A stretch of 41,089 bases of DNA, taken from a virus. Location: the UHGV virus genome UHGV-1357962, one strand, 5' to 3'. Under the pieces are notes generated by a model. It saw only the letters and a program-made list of their open reading frames with translations, ran no database searches and was not told the DNA's origin. Shown here piece after piece: positions 1 to 9,164 of the stretch. Positions within the stretch are counted from its first letter, which is position 1; each line of letters starts with the position of its first letter. Made by a program: the position numbers and the translations under genes.

Positions 1-479
1 ACGACTCCGGAGGCGAAACGATGTACGGCATTACAAAAGCGGTAGCTGTTGCCAATGGCTATACCGGGGCAATGAAAGACCTGCCTATCTCACTTGCCGA
101 AAACATCTATTACACTCAGTACGTTTCGAAACCAAAGTTTGACCTGCTGCTACCGCTCTCTGAATCCATCGCTGCCGAGGTGATTGATACCGGGGTGAAC
201 ATGGGGCCATCTGCGGCGGGAAAGTTTCTCCAGCGCTGCCTGAACGCCTTTAACAACCATGGCAAGGCATACGCTGATATTGCTGTCGACGGAAAGGTTG
301 GCCCGGCTACTGCTTCAGCACTTAAAAGCTATCTGGGTGCGCGCGGCAAGCAAGGTGAAACTGTGATGTTAAAGGCGCTGAACTGCCTTCAGGGTGCGCG
401 TTATATTGAGCTGGCGGAAGCTAACCAGAAGAACGAGACTTTCGCATATGGCTGGATTGCCAATCGAATTTCCCTTTGA
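1..479 (+). CDS. Endolysin, C-terminal ~159 codons (GH108-type lysozyme core ending in a PG_binding_3-like peptidoglycan-binding domain). The 5' end of the same gene is at 41020..41089.
   Basis: Frame 3 from nt 3 reads DSGGETMYGITKAVA..., matching the GH108 motif. '...DGKVGPATASALKSYL...' resembles PG_binding_3. Joining 41089 to 1 restores an uninterrupted reading frame. Confidence 0.8.
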   Translation, partial: DSGGETMYGITKAVAVANGYTGAMKDLPISLAENIYYTQYVSKPKFDLLLPLSESIAAEVIDTGVNMGPSAAGKFLQRCLNAFNNHGKAYADIAVDGKVGPATASALKSYLGARGKQGETVMLKALNCLQGARYIELAEANQKNETFAYGWIANRISL

Positions 480-547
480 TTATTTGGTCGAGGTCTGCAT
501 TGGTGCTACAGTAGTGCTCATCCTGCTTGCGCTATTCTGGAAAACCG

Positions 548-769
548 ATGATTAAAGACCTGCTTACCTCGCCAGTCGGCGACTTCTCTCTGTCAAAAAC
601 ATGCCAGTTTATCGGCGTAGTGATTTCGTCAGGCGTCATTGTCTGGCAGGCATATCAGGACACGCTGACAACCGAGATGTTTGGCATCTATCTCGCCGTC
701 GTCGTGGCTGGTAATTCCGTCAATAAGCTGATTGCCGTGAGGGAAAAGAAAGATGATTCTACCTCTTGA
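548..769 (+). CDS. Small 2-TM membrane protein immediately downstream of the endolysin (candidate class-II holin or lysis regulator). A TTG start at 527 is also possible.
   Basis: Two hydrophobic helices (FIGVVISSGVIVWQAY; MFGIYLAVVVAGNSV) and a charged C-terminus. The position lies between the endolysin and the spanins. No strong RBS is present. Confidence 0.4.
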   Translation: MIKDLLTSPVGDFSLSKTCQFIGVVISSGVIVWQAYQDTLTTEMFGIYLAVVVAGNSVNKLIAVREKKDDSTS

Positions 770-787
770 TAACTGGAAGGCAGCCAG

Positions 788-1051
788 ATGATAACCATCA
801 GCACAATCATCGGCGCAATCACTGCGCTAATCTTCGGCGCTGTCGGCCTTTGGTTTGGCGGAAAGTCTCGCGGCAAGTCAGAGCAGAAAGTCAAATCCGA
901 TATCCAGCAGGCGCAGCAGTCAGTAGCGCAAGAGAAAGCCCGCACAGAATCCGTTAAGGTGGCAAGCGATGTTAAAGATGAAGTTATGCGCAGCAATCCT
1001 GGCTCTATCCGCGACAAGCTGCGCGACGAATGGACCCGTCCAGGTAATTGA
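788..1051 (+). CDS. i-spanin (Rz-like): N-terminal TM anchor followed by a charged periplasmic coiled coil.
   Basis: N-terminal TM ITISTIIGAITALIFGAVGLWFGG followed by a charged helical region. RBS GGAAGG upstream. The Rz1-like ORF starts inside this gene in the +1 frame. Confidence 0.6.
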   Translation: MITISTIIGAITALIFGAVGLWFGGKSRGKSEQKVKSDIQQAQQSVAQEKARTESVKVASDVKDEVMRSNPGSIRDKLRDEWTRPGN

Positions 1052-1199
1052 TACCAGCTGCGACTGGATGAAACCAATCTGGCTTGACCGCACTGAAATC
1101 GACCACATGACCGACGGCACGCTGCGCCAGATTCTGACCCACAACGAAACGTGGAAGAAAAAGTGTAACGATGACAAAATGCCATCGCGGAAAGGTTGA
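969..1199 (+). CDS. o-spanin (Rz1-like) lipoprotein, overlapping the 3' part of the i-spanin gene in another frame.
   Basis: Signal peptide with lipobox-like ...LALSATSC. It starts within the Rz-like gene in a different frame and extends past it (overlapped Rz/Rz1 architecture). Confidence 0.5.
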   Translation: MLKMKLCAAILALSATSCATNGPVQVIDTSCDWMKPIWLDRTEIDHMTDGTLRQILTHNETWKKKCNDDKMPSRKG

Positions 1200-1210
1200 C
1201 ACGATAATCA

Positions 1211-1257
1211 GATTTGGTGATACTAACACAACAACGTTGCTCCCGTTGTGGTTAACC
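1211..1257. repeat. Direct repeat copy R1 (GATTTGGTGA-N19-CTCCCGTTGTGGTTAA) in the non-coding block.
   Basis: It matches R2 at 1579-1626 (GATTTGGTGA-N16-CTCTTGCCGTTGTGGTAAT). A third TTGGTGAAAA lies at 1440-1449. Confidence 0.5.
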
Positions 1258-1578
1258 AGCAAGACGGAGGTGGAAGCCCTCGCCGGAGACGTACCCGGAC
1301 GACAAGATGATGCAAACGTGAAAGGTCGCTAAAACTCGTTAGGCCGATGAGTTCAGATGGCAATAAAGAACTGACTACCGAGAAAGGTCGGGAGCCTGAA
1401 AGAATAAAGATGCAGCTCTTTCAGGGTGATCCTGCATAGTTGGTGAAAACTCGTGTTTGCGTGTTCACTCCAACCGCGCTGGCTGTGAGGTCGGTACACA
1501 ACAATCGGTCAACTTGGTTGACGCCGGACGCGTAACCGGCACACAACAGGTAAGAGCATTGAACCCGTAGACCTCGCG

Positions 1579-1626
1579 GATTTGGTGAAAGGTGCCGCGC
1601 AGTGCTCTTGCCGTTGTGGTAATGCC
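1579..1626. repeat. Direct repeat copy R2 of the GATTTGGTGA...CCGTTGTGGT element.
   Basis: See R1. The copies are ~365 bp apart. The ACACAACA 8-mer also recurs at 1226, 1496 and 1541. Confidence 0.5.
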
Positions 1627-1828
1627 AAATTGATTATTTGGATAGGGTTGCGTCCATTATTACGCCAGTTTCAGTTAATCGCGAAACTCCACAACACTTA
1701 ATATCCAGCATTATCGCAATCATATGTAGGGGTATGTATGGGTTACGGGGCTGGGTATTAAGAAAGCACGCTGGCAATGCTTAAACCAGCAAACACCAAA
1801 ACCACCACAAAAACTACCAGGAATAAAA

Positions 1829-2026
1829 ATGCTTACCATTAAAACCGTAAACAAAGACAAAGACATCTCCGTCTTTCAGGTGAAAGGTGATGTATCATTC
1901 AACAATAAAAGCAGGATGATATTTTTCCGAGGCTGGTCAGGCGGTGATGATGAGGTTCTACTGGATGATGAAGAGGTTGCATACGTGTGTAATGAAAAAG
2001 GTGTAACAGTGGCAATATTCCAGTAG
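1829..2026 (+). CDS. Hypothetical 65-aa protein in an AT-rich mini-island, with its own terminator.
   Basis: ATG with an AGGA-type RBS. Its codon usage and GC are lower than the flanking DNA. A strong rho-independent terminator follows. Confidence 0.5.
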   Translation: MLTIKTVNKDKDISVFQVKGDVSFNNKSRMIFFRGWSGGDDEVLLDDEEVAYVCNEKGVTVAIFQ

Positions 2027-2043
2027 AGACGCCAAATCAAAGA

Positions 2044-2067
2044 GACCCGCTCCGGCGGGTTTTTTCT
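2044..2067 (+). terminator. Rho-independent terminator (CCCGC-tccg-GCGGG followed by a T6 run).
   Basis: Perfect 5-bp GC stem followed by TTTTTT, seen directly in the sequence. Confidence 0.7.
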
Positions 2068-2090
2068 TATCCGATCCTCCGTGATATACT
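2062..2090 (+). promoter_or_regulatory. Candidate extended -10 sigma70 promoter (TGaTATACT) for the portal/head operon.
   Basis: TG-n-TATACT at 2082-2090, immediately after the terminator, ~28 nt upstream of the portal RBS. Confidence 0.4.
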
Positions 2091-2117
2091 GACGTTAATT
2101 TTCATGAGGGATTAATA

Positions 2118-3500
2118 ATGGCTAAGAAGCCCCACCTCAAGCTACACAATGACGGCAGCCTGTCGTACCGCGTGGATGCGTGGTCTAACCCCATATCCGG
2201 GCAGGGTATTCCTGGCATCGACAAAAGCCTCGGGCAGGTTCTGTCACCTGCATTTGCGCATCTGATGCATAACAATCAGCAGGTGCTGACGAATATTTAT
2301 CTGTCGGACTGGCTGGCGCGTAAAATCTGCGACCTTCCCGCAGAGGATGCCACTCGCAAGTTTATCGAAATCACCGGACTGGATGGTGAGGACAAAAAGC
2401 GCGTTGAATCCATGCTGGATGAGATTGGTCTGCGCGCATCCGTGCGCAAAGGCATTGCCTGGTCCCGCCTGTTCGGTGGCGCTGGTGTGCTGAAGGTTTA
2501 TGACGATTCTCGCCCGCCAGAATCACCACCATCAGAAACGGCGGCAATCATCGACCTTGTACCGCTAGACCGCTGGTCGTTAAGCGTTGATGAAATCGAC
2601 CTGGACCCTGAGTCACCGCATTATGGTCGGGCGCTGAATTATGTGGCTCGCAACGGTGTGACCTATCACCGTGACCGCATTGCGCCGTTCTATGGCTGCC
2701 CGGTCCCATACGATACCCAGATCGAACTACAGGGATGGGGTGGCTCTTATGTAGCGATGGCTTGGTCGGCTATTGCTGCATACAACGAGACATTACAGGA
2801 CGCGTCATTTCTGCTGAAAGAGTCAGGGGTTGGCATCCTTTCCGTGCCGAACCTGACAGCGGCGCAATCAATGGGGATGACGGCATCTCAGGCAGTAATG
2901 AACCGCGCGAACGCCTTTAATCAGGGTAAGTCAATCTACCGGGCGGCGGTTGTCGATAAGGAAGAGAAATTCGAATTTGTTAACCGCTCGCTCCAGGGCA
3001 TCCCAGACTTCGTTGACCGCTTTGCTACTGCTGTTGCTGGCGCGACGGGCTTATCTGAGTTGATGCTGTTCGGAAAATCTCCCGCAGGACTCAACGCCAG
3101 CCAGGAGGAAATCCTGTCGGTTTACTACGACAAGATTGCCGCGATTCAGGAAGGCGATCCGAGCGCGCTGGTGCAGTCATGCATTGATAACGTGAAGATG
3201 CAGACAGGTCTGGACTTCGACTGGAAATGGGCAGAACTTAGCGCGATGTCGCCTGACAAGAAAGCAACCTCAATGGCATCGGTGGCAACGGCAATTTCAA
3301 CGCTTGAGCAATCTGCGGCGCTTACTCCTAACGAGGTGCGCAACCTGGCTAACGACTCAGGTCTGTTCTCTCTGGAAGAATTGCCGGAAGATGAAGAAGA
3401 ACAGGACCCGTTAGGTCTTAACTCACTCGGTGGCGAAAATGGCACAAACGGAATTTCAGAAACAACTGGCAGCACTGAAGCCGGACAAGCGGAAGCGTAA
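2118..3500 (+). CDS. Portal protein (460 aa).
   Basis: The size and its position directly upstream of a MuF-like head morphogenesis gene and a protease/scaffold gene support a portal. Strong RBS. Confidence 0.7.
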   Translation: MAKKPHLKLHNDGSLSYRVDAWSNPISGQGIPGIDKSLGQVLSPAFAHLMHNNQQVLTNIYLSDWLARKICDLPAEDATRKFIEITGLDGEDKKRVESMLDEIGLRASVRKGIAWSRLFGGAGVLKVYDDSRPPESPPSETAAIIDLVPLDRWSLSVDEIDLDPESPHYGRALNYVARNGVTYHRDRIAPFYGCPVPYDTQIELQGWGGSYVAMAWSAIAAYNETLQDASFLLKESGVGILSVPNLTAAQSMGMTASQAVMNRANAFNQGKSIYRAAVVDKEEKFEFVNRSLQGIPDFVDRFATAVAGATGLSELMLFGKSPAGLNASQEEILSVYYDKIAAIQEGDPSALVQSCIDNVKMQTGLDFDWKWAELSAMSPDKKATSMASVATAISTLEQSAALTPNEVRNLANDSGLFSLEELPEDEEEQDPLGLNSLGGENGTNGISETTGSTEAGQAEA

Positions 3501-4275
3501 AGTCCTGCTGCCAGCCCGTCATCCTGTGCGTATTGAGCAACAGTACGCGAAGATGCTTCGCGGCATCATTGATGGCATTAATGCCGAGCTGAAAACCCGC
3601 ATTGCTGATGAATTAAAAGCAGAGATTGCGGCGCGTGAGGATGGTTATCGTGCTGATGACCTGTCGGCGGTTCTGCGAGCTATTCGCTCACTGGCGACGG
3701 GTAATATTCCAGGACTGTCATTCGTGCGCAACATTGGCGATTCTATCCGTTCAGCAATTGACGGCAACTGGCAGAAAGCAATCAATCAGGCTATCGGTGT
3801 CAACGTGGCACTGCCCGGAACCGACATGAGCGCCAACATTGACGCATGGGCTGAGGAAAACACGGCGTTGATTACCAATCTGACGCAAAGTTATTTGAGT
3901 AAGATTACAACTGCCGTTAACTCTGGATTTCGTGATGGTCTGTCATGGCGTGACATCAGCAAAAACATCCAGACCGAAACTGGAGTCGCCAAACGCCGCG
4001 CCGACCTGATTGCCCGTGACCAGGTTGCGACCATGAATATGCAGGTCACGAAGCAGCGTGCGGCAGACCTGGAAATCAAGCAATTCGTCTGGCGCACGAT
4101 GGAAGACCAGCGGGTGCGAGGAAATCCGTCAGGGCTTTACCCGAAAGCTAAGCCGTCGCATTATGCGCGTAACGGCAAGACGTATAACTGGTCAGATGGT
4201 GCTGGCGCTCGCGACAAATTCCCTGGGCAGGCAATAAACTGCAGGTGCTTTGCCGCTAACGTAATTGAGTTCTGA
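3430..4275 (+). CDS. Head morphogenesis protein (Mu gpF / SPP1 gp7-like).
   Basis: C-terminal ...GQAINCRCFAANV motif typical of Phage_Mu_F proteins. It follows the portal gene. The start is uncertain: 3430 overlaps the portal end by 71 nt. Confidence 0.65.
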   Translation: MAKMAQTEFQKQLAALKPDKRKRKVLLPARHPVRIEQQYAKMLRGIIDGINAELKTRIADELKAEIAAREDGYRADDLSAVLRAIRSLATGNIPGLSFVRNIGDSIRSAIDGNWQKAINQAIGVNVALPGTDMSANIDAWAEENTALITNLTQSYLSKITTAVNSGFRDGLSWRDISKNIQTETGVAKRRADLIARDQVATMNMQVTKQRAADLEIKQFVWRTMEDQRVRGNPSGLYPKAKPSHYARNGKTYNWSDGAGARDKFPGQAINCRCFAANVIEF

Positions 4276-4282
4276 GGATAAA

Positions 4283-5554
4283 ATGAAAAAAGATTATCGC
4301 ATCGACAAGGGCGGTCGCATAACCTCAAAGATTGACGAAAACGGGTTCCTGCGCATTGATGGCGTGGTGGCGCATGTCGGCATTCTTGAATATATGGAAG
4401 ATGACGGCACGATTATCCGTGAATTTGTGCCAGAGGAGACGTTGTTTGATGAGGAATCGCTGAAGTCACTGGCTGGCGCACCGGTGACTTTGCAGCACCC
4501 TCCCGTGATGATCACCCCATCCAATTACAAGGAATACTCTCAGGGCAGCGTTAACGGGATGCCAAAGCGTGATGGTGACAATCTTGTCGCGTCAATGCTG
4601 GTAATTGGCAACGAGGCTTTACATGCGGTAGAATACGACGGTGTATGTGAGCTTTCTCCGGGTTATTCCGTTGACCTAGATGAAACGCCTGGTGAATGGC
4701 AGGGTCAGAAGTATGACCGTGTCCAGCGCAATCGGCGTTATAACCATCAGGCCATCGTGGATGCCGCGCGAGGTGGCTCAATCTGTTCACTGCGTTTTGA
4801 TGGCGCAAATGTGCCGAATAACGAGGAGAAATCAATGACTCAAATCAAACTGCCCGGCGGCGGCACTGTTGAAGTTGCAGATGCAGCTACGGCAGCGACC
4901 ATCAACGCGGCGCTGGCGAAGCAGGGCAAGCGCCTTGACTCCGCCACAGGTCAGCTCAAAAAGCTGGTCAAGGCCATCGCTCCAAAACTGAAGCTAGACG
5001 CTGACGACATCATTAAAGATGTCGACGACGAGAACAAAGAAGTGGTTGAAGTCGATGTTCCGGCGGTTGAGAACGCAGTAGCAAGCGTTTCCGAAGCGGT
5101 AGACACCCTTCAGGCTCAGCTTGATGAGCTGGCTGATGCGGTAAACGGCGACACCCCTGATTCCTTAATGGATGAAGAAGAACCTGATAAGGTTGATGAA
5201 GACACCGACACCGATCCGGAGCAGAAAACCGACTCCCTCAGCAAAATGCTGCGAATTATCGAGGATGCCAAAAAACTGAAACCGGGAATCAGCCATATGG
5301 ATGGCAAGCGCGTGAAAACCGCTCGCGAAATTCAGGTTGAAGCGCTCATTGCCGCAAAATCCGGCTTCAATGCTGATGGCAAGTCCGACGCCTATATCAG
5401 CGGTCGATTCGATGCCGCAGTGGATGGCCTGAAGAATCGCACCGATAGCCTGCGCACTCAGCGCCAGGGTCTGAATCTTGATGGTGTGTTCAACTCTCGC
5501 GAAGAGTCTGGGCAGGCCGCATACAACGCTAAATTCTACGCGGGGAAAGCATAA
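4283..5554 (+). CDS. Prohead protease/scaffold-like protein (DUF2213-like N-terminus with an acidic coiled-coil C-terminal half).
   Basis: The N-terminal ~190 aa resembles DUF2213 phage proteins. The C-terminal half is acidic and helical (DEEEPDKVDEDTDTD), which fits a scaffold. It lies between the MuF-like gene and the capsid gene. Confidence 0.55.
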   Translation: MKKDYRIDKGGRITSKIDENGFLRIDGVVAHVGILEYMEDDGTIIREFVPEETLFDEESLKSLAGAPVTLQHPPVMITPSNYKEYSQGSVNGMPKRDGDNLVASMLVIGNEALHAVEYDGVCELSPGYSVDLDETPGEWQGQKYDRVQRNRRYNHQAIVDAARGGSICSLRFDGANVPNNEEKSMTQIKLPGGGTVEVADAATAATINAALAKQGKRLDSATGQLKKLVKAIAPKLKLDADDIIKDVDDENKEVVEVDVPAVENAVASVSEAVDTLQAQLDELADAVNGDTPDSLMDEEEPDKVDEDTDTDPEQKTDSLSKMLRIIEDAKKLKPGISHMDGKRVKTAREIQVEALIAAKSGFNADGKSDAYISGRFDAAVDGLKNRTDSLRTQRQGLNLDGVFNSREESGQAAYNAKFYAGKA

Positions 5555-6030
5555 TGGCGCTTAATAACACTTATTCCTTAACTCCACAGCCGTATGCCCC
5601 TGGCATGGTTGCGGACGCACGAATGACGCAGACAGTCAGCCGCATCGCATCTGCTGCCATCAAAGCTGGCCAGGCCGCTGTGCGTGATAACAACGACCAC
5701 AAAGTTAAACCGGTGTCTGCTGCTGGCGATGTCGTTATCGGCGTTGTTCGCTGGGAAGCTACCTGGGTTGCCGCTGATGGTGCAACCGAGCAGACTCATG
5801 CAATCGGCAAAGACGTTTCTGTCGTGACCGATGGACCAGTGTGGGTTCATGCAACTGTTGCCGTGAATCAGGGTGATCTGGCCTACGCTCTCACCGATGG
5901 CACTGGCTTCACCAACGTTGCAACCTCAGCAGCAACACGCCCGGTCGGCATCTTCGACACCTCCACTACTGGTGCAGGCGGTGCGATTGTCAACCTGAAA
6001 CCAGCAACCACCGCACCAGCAGCAGCCTAA
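5554..6030 (+). CDS. Putative head decoration/structural protein (158 aa, Ala/Thr/Gly-rich).
   Basis: Position between the scaffold and the major capsid gene. The ATG overlaps the upstream stop (ATAATGG). Confidence 0.4.
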   Translation: MALNNTYSLTPQPYAPGMVADARMTQTVSRIASAAIKAGQAAVRDNNDHKVKPVSAAGDVVIGVVRWEATWVAADGATEQTHAIGKDVSVVTDGPVWVHATVAVNQGDLAYALTDGTGFTNVATSAATRPVGIFDTSTTGAGGAIVNLKPATTAPAAA

Positions 6031-6043
6031 CAGGGGATAATAA

Positions 6044-7072
6044 ATGAATATCAATTTACGACTGGATCACCTTAAGGGCGTGAAGCTGGATGCGGGCTGG
6101 GAAACCACCCCTACCATGCTGGCGAACCTGGTATCTAAAGCACTGGATGTGCAACAGCTTGGCTTCCGTGCTGATGCCGCTACCGGTGTCATCTTTGCAC
6201 AACAGCTTCAGGCGATGTCCAACCGCATCCGCGAGAAGGCATACCCGCAATTCAAGGGTAAAAACCTGCTGCCTATGCAGAACGAAGCGCCATTCGGTGC
6301 TGAAGAGTTTGCCTACACTGTCGCTGACCGCGTTGGTATGCTGGAGCACATCACCAACTACGCAGATGACCTGCCAAACATCGAGGTCACTGGCGAGAAG
6401 ATGGTTGTAAACATCCGTGCATTCGGTGGCTCGATTATTTACAGCGTATTTGAAATCGCCAAAGCAACCGTAGCTGGCATGAATATCGTTGACCGTAAGG
6501 GCATGGCGATCCGAAATGCAGCAGAGCAGAAGCTGGACCAGATTATCTGGGTTGGTGATGCTGAAACTGGTCTGACCGGCCTGTATAACGCGCCGAACGT
6601 TACCACTCGCTCCGCACCAAACGGCGCGAAGGGTACAGCGACATGGGCAACTAAAACAGCAGAAGAAATCTATGCTGACCTGGTTTACCCAATCACCCAG
6701 CAGGCGACCGACACCCTTGGCGCTGAACGTCCTGATACCGTTGTCATGACCTCTGCGAGCTATGAACGTGCCCGCACCACATTTTTCACCGATAACACCG
6801 GCGAGAATGCAATGGAGCGATTCAAGAAATCCTACCCGGAAATCACGGTTGAAACCGTGGAATGGCTGGGTCCGAAGGGCACTGGGCAGACCAACAGTGC
6901 AATGATTCACTATCGCAACGATTCCGAGAAGCTCGGCGTTGAGGTTCCAAAACCGTTTACCATGATGCCGCCAGAAGCTCGCAACCTGGCAACCGTGGTG
7001 GATGGCTACCTGGCAACCGCTGGCGTTGTGGTATACTTCCCACTGTCCGTAACTGTAACCAACGGGATTTAA
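6044..7072 (+). CDS. Major capsid protein (342 aa).
   Basis: Size, position after the protease/scaffold, strong RBS and a strong terminator shortly downstream, as is typical for a highly expressed coat gene. Confidence 0.7.
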   Translation: MNINLRLDHLKGVKLDAGWETTPTMLANLVSKALDVQQLGFRADAATGVIFAQQLQAMSNRIREKAYPQFKGKNLLPMQNEAPFGAEEFAYTVADRVGMLEHITNYADDLPNIEVTGEKMVVNIRAFGGSIIYSVFEIAKATVAGMNIVDRKGMAIRNAAEQKLDQIIWVGDAETGLTGLYNAPNVTTRSAPNGAKGTATWATKTAEEIYADLVYPITQQATDTLGAERPDTVVMTSASYERARTTFFTDNTGENAMERFKKSYPEITVETVEWLGPKGTGQTNSAMIHYRNDSEKLGVEVPKPFTMMPPEARNLATVVDGYLATAGVVVYFPLSVTVTNGI

Positions 7073-7074
7073 TC

Positions 7075-7356
7075 ATGGCTAAAGAAAATAAAGTTGAGGC
7101 TCCGGTGGAAGAAATCAAAAAGGAAGAGTCACCTGCTGAAGAGCAGGGCCAGCCTCAGGAGCAAGAGCCAAAGGTTGAGGCCAAGGCCAGCGCCAAAAAG
7201 GCTACGGTCACCAACCAGCGTGCTAACATTCACTACTCCGGCGACCTGCGCCTGCTGCCTGGCGTTGAAACCGAAGTGACTGCCGAACAACTGGCGTTCA
7301 TCGAAAGCAACGAAAAGCACCTCGTTGACGCCGGTCACATCGTGATTAAGAAATAA
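7075..7356 (+). CDS. Small Lys/Glu-rich head-associated protein (93 aa).
   Basis: Low-complexity charged N-terminus (KKEESPAEEQGQPQEQEPKVEAKASAKK). It is co-transcribed with the capsid gene before the terminator. Confidence 0.4.
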   Translation: MAKENKVEAPVEEIKKEESPAEEQGQPQEQEPKVEAKASAKKATVTNQRANIHYSGDLRLLPGVETEVTAEQLAFIESNEKHLVDAGHIVIKK

Positions 7357-7378
7357 TCCGGTGACGTGTTAAAATAAA

Positions 7379-7402
7379 GGGATGCTACGGCGTCCCTTTT
7401 TT
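7379..7402 (+). terminator. Rho-independent terminator after the capsid genes (GGGATGC-tacg-GCGTCCC followed by T6).
   Basis: 7-bp stem (one G.U pair), tetraloop, then TTTTTT. Confidence 0.75.
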
Positions 7403-7413
7403 ACAGGTGAAAT

Positions 7414-7806
7414 ATGGCTCTAGACCTTGCGCAATTCCGGGCTTCATACCCTGAGTTTGTTAACGTACCGGATGAAGCAATTCATCGATACCTTGCTGAG
7501 TTCGCGGTTTTATATACCGGCTGCTATGGTGAATATTACGACGTGCTACAGGGTTACTATGTGGCGCACATGTTGGCGACAAATTACAACCTTGCCACTG
7601 GTGCGGCTGGTGGCGGGGCAATAACAGTAGTCACTACCGGTCGCTCGGTTGGTGACGTCAGCGTATCAGGGCAGGCCATTGGCGTTGGTTCTGATGGCTC
7701 AATGTGGGATGGAACGACTTACGGGCAGATGTTCAAAAACCTGATTGCCTTGTTCGGGGCCGGTCCTTACCTCACACAGCAGGCGAATCAGTATGGCTGC
7801 CCGTAA
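7414..7806 (+). CDS. Head-tail connector/adaptor protein (DUF4054-like).
   Basis: The N-terminus ...LAQFRASYPEFVNVPDEAI... resembles DUF4054 connector proteins. RBS AGGTGA. Confidence 0.5.
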   Translation: MALDLAQFRASYPEFVNVPDEAIHRYLAEFAVLYTGCYGEYYDVLQGYYVAHMLATNYNLATGAAGGGAITVVTTGRSVGDVSVSGQAIGVGSDGSMWDGTTYGQMFKNLIALFGAGPYLTQQANQYGCP

Positions 7807-8275
7807 TAAGCTGGTTATTCGCAATCCTAATGCCATCCGTGATATACAGCGGCGCATTGGTGCGCACGCTGTAGCCGTTGGGGTTCATAGCGATGCTGGG
7901 GCGCATAAGGATGAGCAGGGTCACGCCACTGGAACAACGGTTGCAGAGGTGTACTGGTGGAACGAATTTGGCACATCACGCATCCCTGAACGCCCGACGC
8001 TGCGCCCGACCTTTGCGAAAGAGAAAGTGAAGTACATCCAGATTCTCGGCAAGATTTCCGCTCGCGTGATGAATGAACAGAATTACAATTTGCGGCAGGC
8101 AATGGGCAGGCTTGGCGAGGTTGCGCAGCAGGACTTGCAGCAGGCAATCGTGCAACTGAAGTCACCGCCAAACGCGCAAAGCACCATTGATAAGAAGAAA
8201 TCAGATAACCCGCTGATTGATACCGGGCAGCTGGTAAGCTCAATCAGGTGGGCATACGTCAAGCAGGAGGAATGA
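7793..8275 (+). CDS. Neck/head-tail joining protein (160 aa).
   Basis: Position in the connector block. The ATG at 7793 overlaps the upstream gene end. Confidence 0.4.
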   Translation: MAARNKLVIRNPNAIRDIQRRIGAHAVAVGVHSDAGAHKDEQGHATGTTVAEVYWWNEFGTSRIPERPTLRPTFAKEKVKYIQILGKISARVMNEQNYNLRQAMGRLGEVAQQDLQQAIVQLKSPPNAQSTIDKKKSDNPLIDTGQLVSSIRWAYVKQEE

Positions 8276-8640
8276 TGCTATTTGATTTTAATCAGGTGTG
8301 GGGCGACCAGTTTATTTCCTACACACTAATCCGATATTCCGCCGGTTCTGATAATGCCGAGGGGGTTTACGTTCCAGGAACGTCAACCACACAGACCATT
8401 CAGGGAATGCCGCCGCAGCCACTTAACGAAAAGGAGCTGATGCAGTTCACGGACGGGCAGAAGATTCAGGACATCCAGAAGATTTATACCTCCTTTCCGG
8501 TTCGCGTCAGGACTGATGAGGTTAATGCCGACCGCTTCCAGTTTGAGGGTCAGGAATACGAGGTTATCAAGGTGGAAACCCGCGACATCCTCGGCAACTA
8601 TTACAAAGCCACCGTGCGAAAAATTCAGGGGGATGCGTGA
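8272..8640 (+). CDS. Head closure/tail completion-like protein (~122 aa).
   Basis: AGGAGG RBS. The start is coupled to the upstream stop (GAATGATG). Confidence 0.4.
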   Translation: MMLFDFNQVWGDQFISYTLIRYSAGSDNAEGVYVPGTSTTQTIQGMPPQPLNEKELMQFTDGQKIQDIQKIYTSFPVRVRTDEVNADRFQFEGQEYEVIKVETRDILGNYYKATVRKIQGDA

Positions 8641-9164
8641 GCATTGAATCAGCATTGACGGCACTCCTTAAGCGACTGACTCCTGTCGTTAAGCAAGCGC
8701 CATACAACGGGCCGCGTCCAACTGGTGTCTACATGACGTTTCAGCCAATGGCTATCATCCCGCAACGCAGCCCGATGAAGAAGCGAGTGTTGCAGTCAGA
8801 TAACGAGACGTTCACGGAAACAAACTGGTTTCATTCAGAGCTAACCGTTAGCGTGAACGCTTATGGACCTGGCGGTTATTCTCTGCTGATGGGCCTTCAT
8901 GGGCTGAAAAACTATTATGAGGTGCGCGGCGCACTGGCAGCAGAAGGAATGGCGCTGATAACCATTGGGCAGGCCAGAAACCTTTCCGAGTTAGGCGATG
9001 AGGCATACCGAACACGCTGGCAGTCAGACGTTGTTTTCCATATCTCGCCAATGACGGAATTTGACGATTACCGACTGCGCCAGTTTTACGTCACAGGGCA
9101 GTGGGTATCAACTGATGACGTGCTTACTATTGAAACAGTAGCGCCGGTTTCGCCAGCACCATGA
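8637..9164 (+). CDS. Neck/tail terminator-like protein (175 aa, GTG start).
   Basis: GTGA overlap with the upstream stop and a GGGGGA RBS. It is the last gene before the sheath gene. Confidence 0.4.
   Translation: MSIESALTALLKRLTPVVKQAPYNGPRPTGVYMTFQPMAIIPQRSPMKKRVLQSDNETFTETNWFHSELTVSVNAYGPGGYSLLMGLHGLKNYYEVRGALAAEGMALITIGQARNLSELGDEAYRTRWQSDVVFHISPMTEFDDYRLRQFYVTGQWVSTDDVLTIETVAPVSPAP

Noticed and set aside
1200-1828. Retron msr/msd or group-II intron interpretation of the structured non-coding block.
   Set aside because: No reverse transcriptase or intron-encoded protein ORF occurs anywhere in the genome. The repeats look like binding-site iterons more than msr/msd inverted repeats.
6056-6910. 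284-aa ORF on the - strand, antisense to the major capsid gene.
   Set aside because: It lies entirely inside a strongly supported + strand structural gene. It has no RBS and its amino-acid composition is skewed (Cys/Arg-rich). It is most likely a frame artefact of the GC-rich coding strand.
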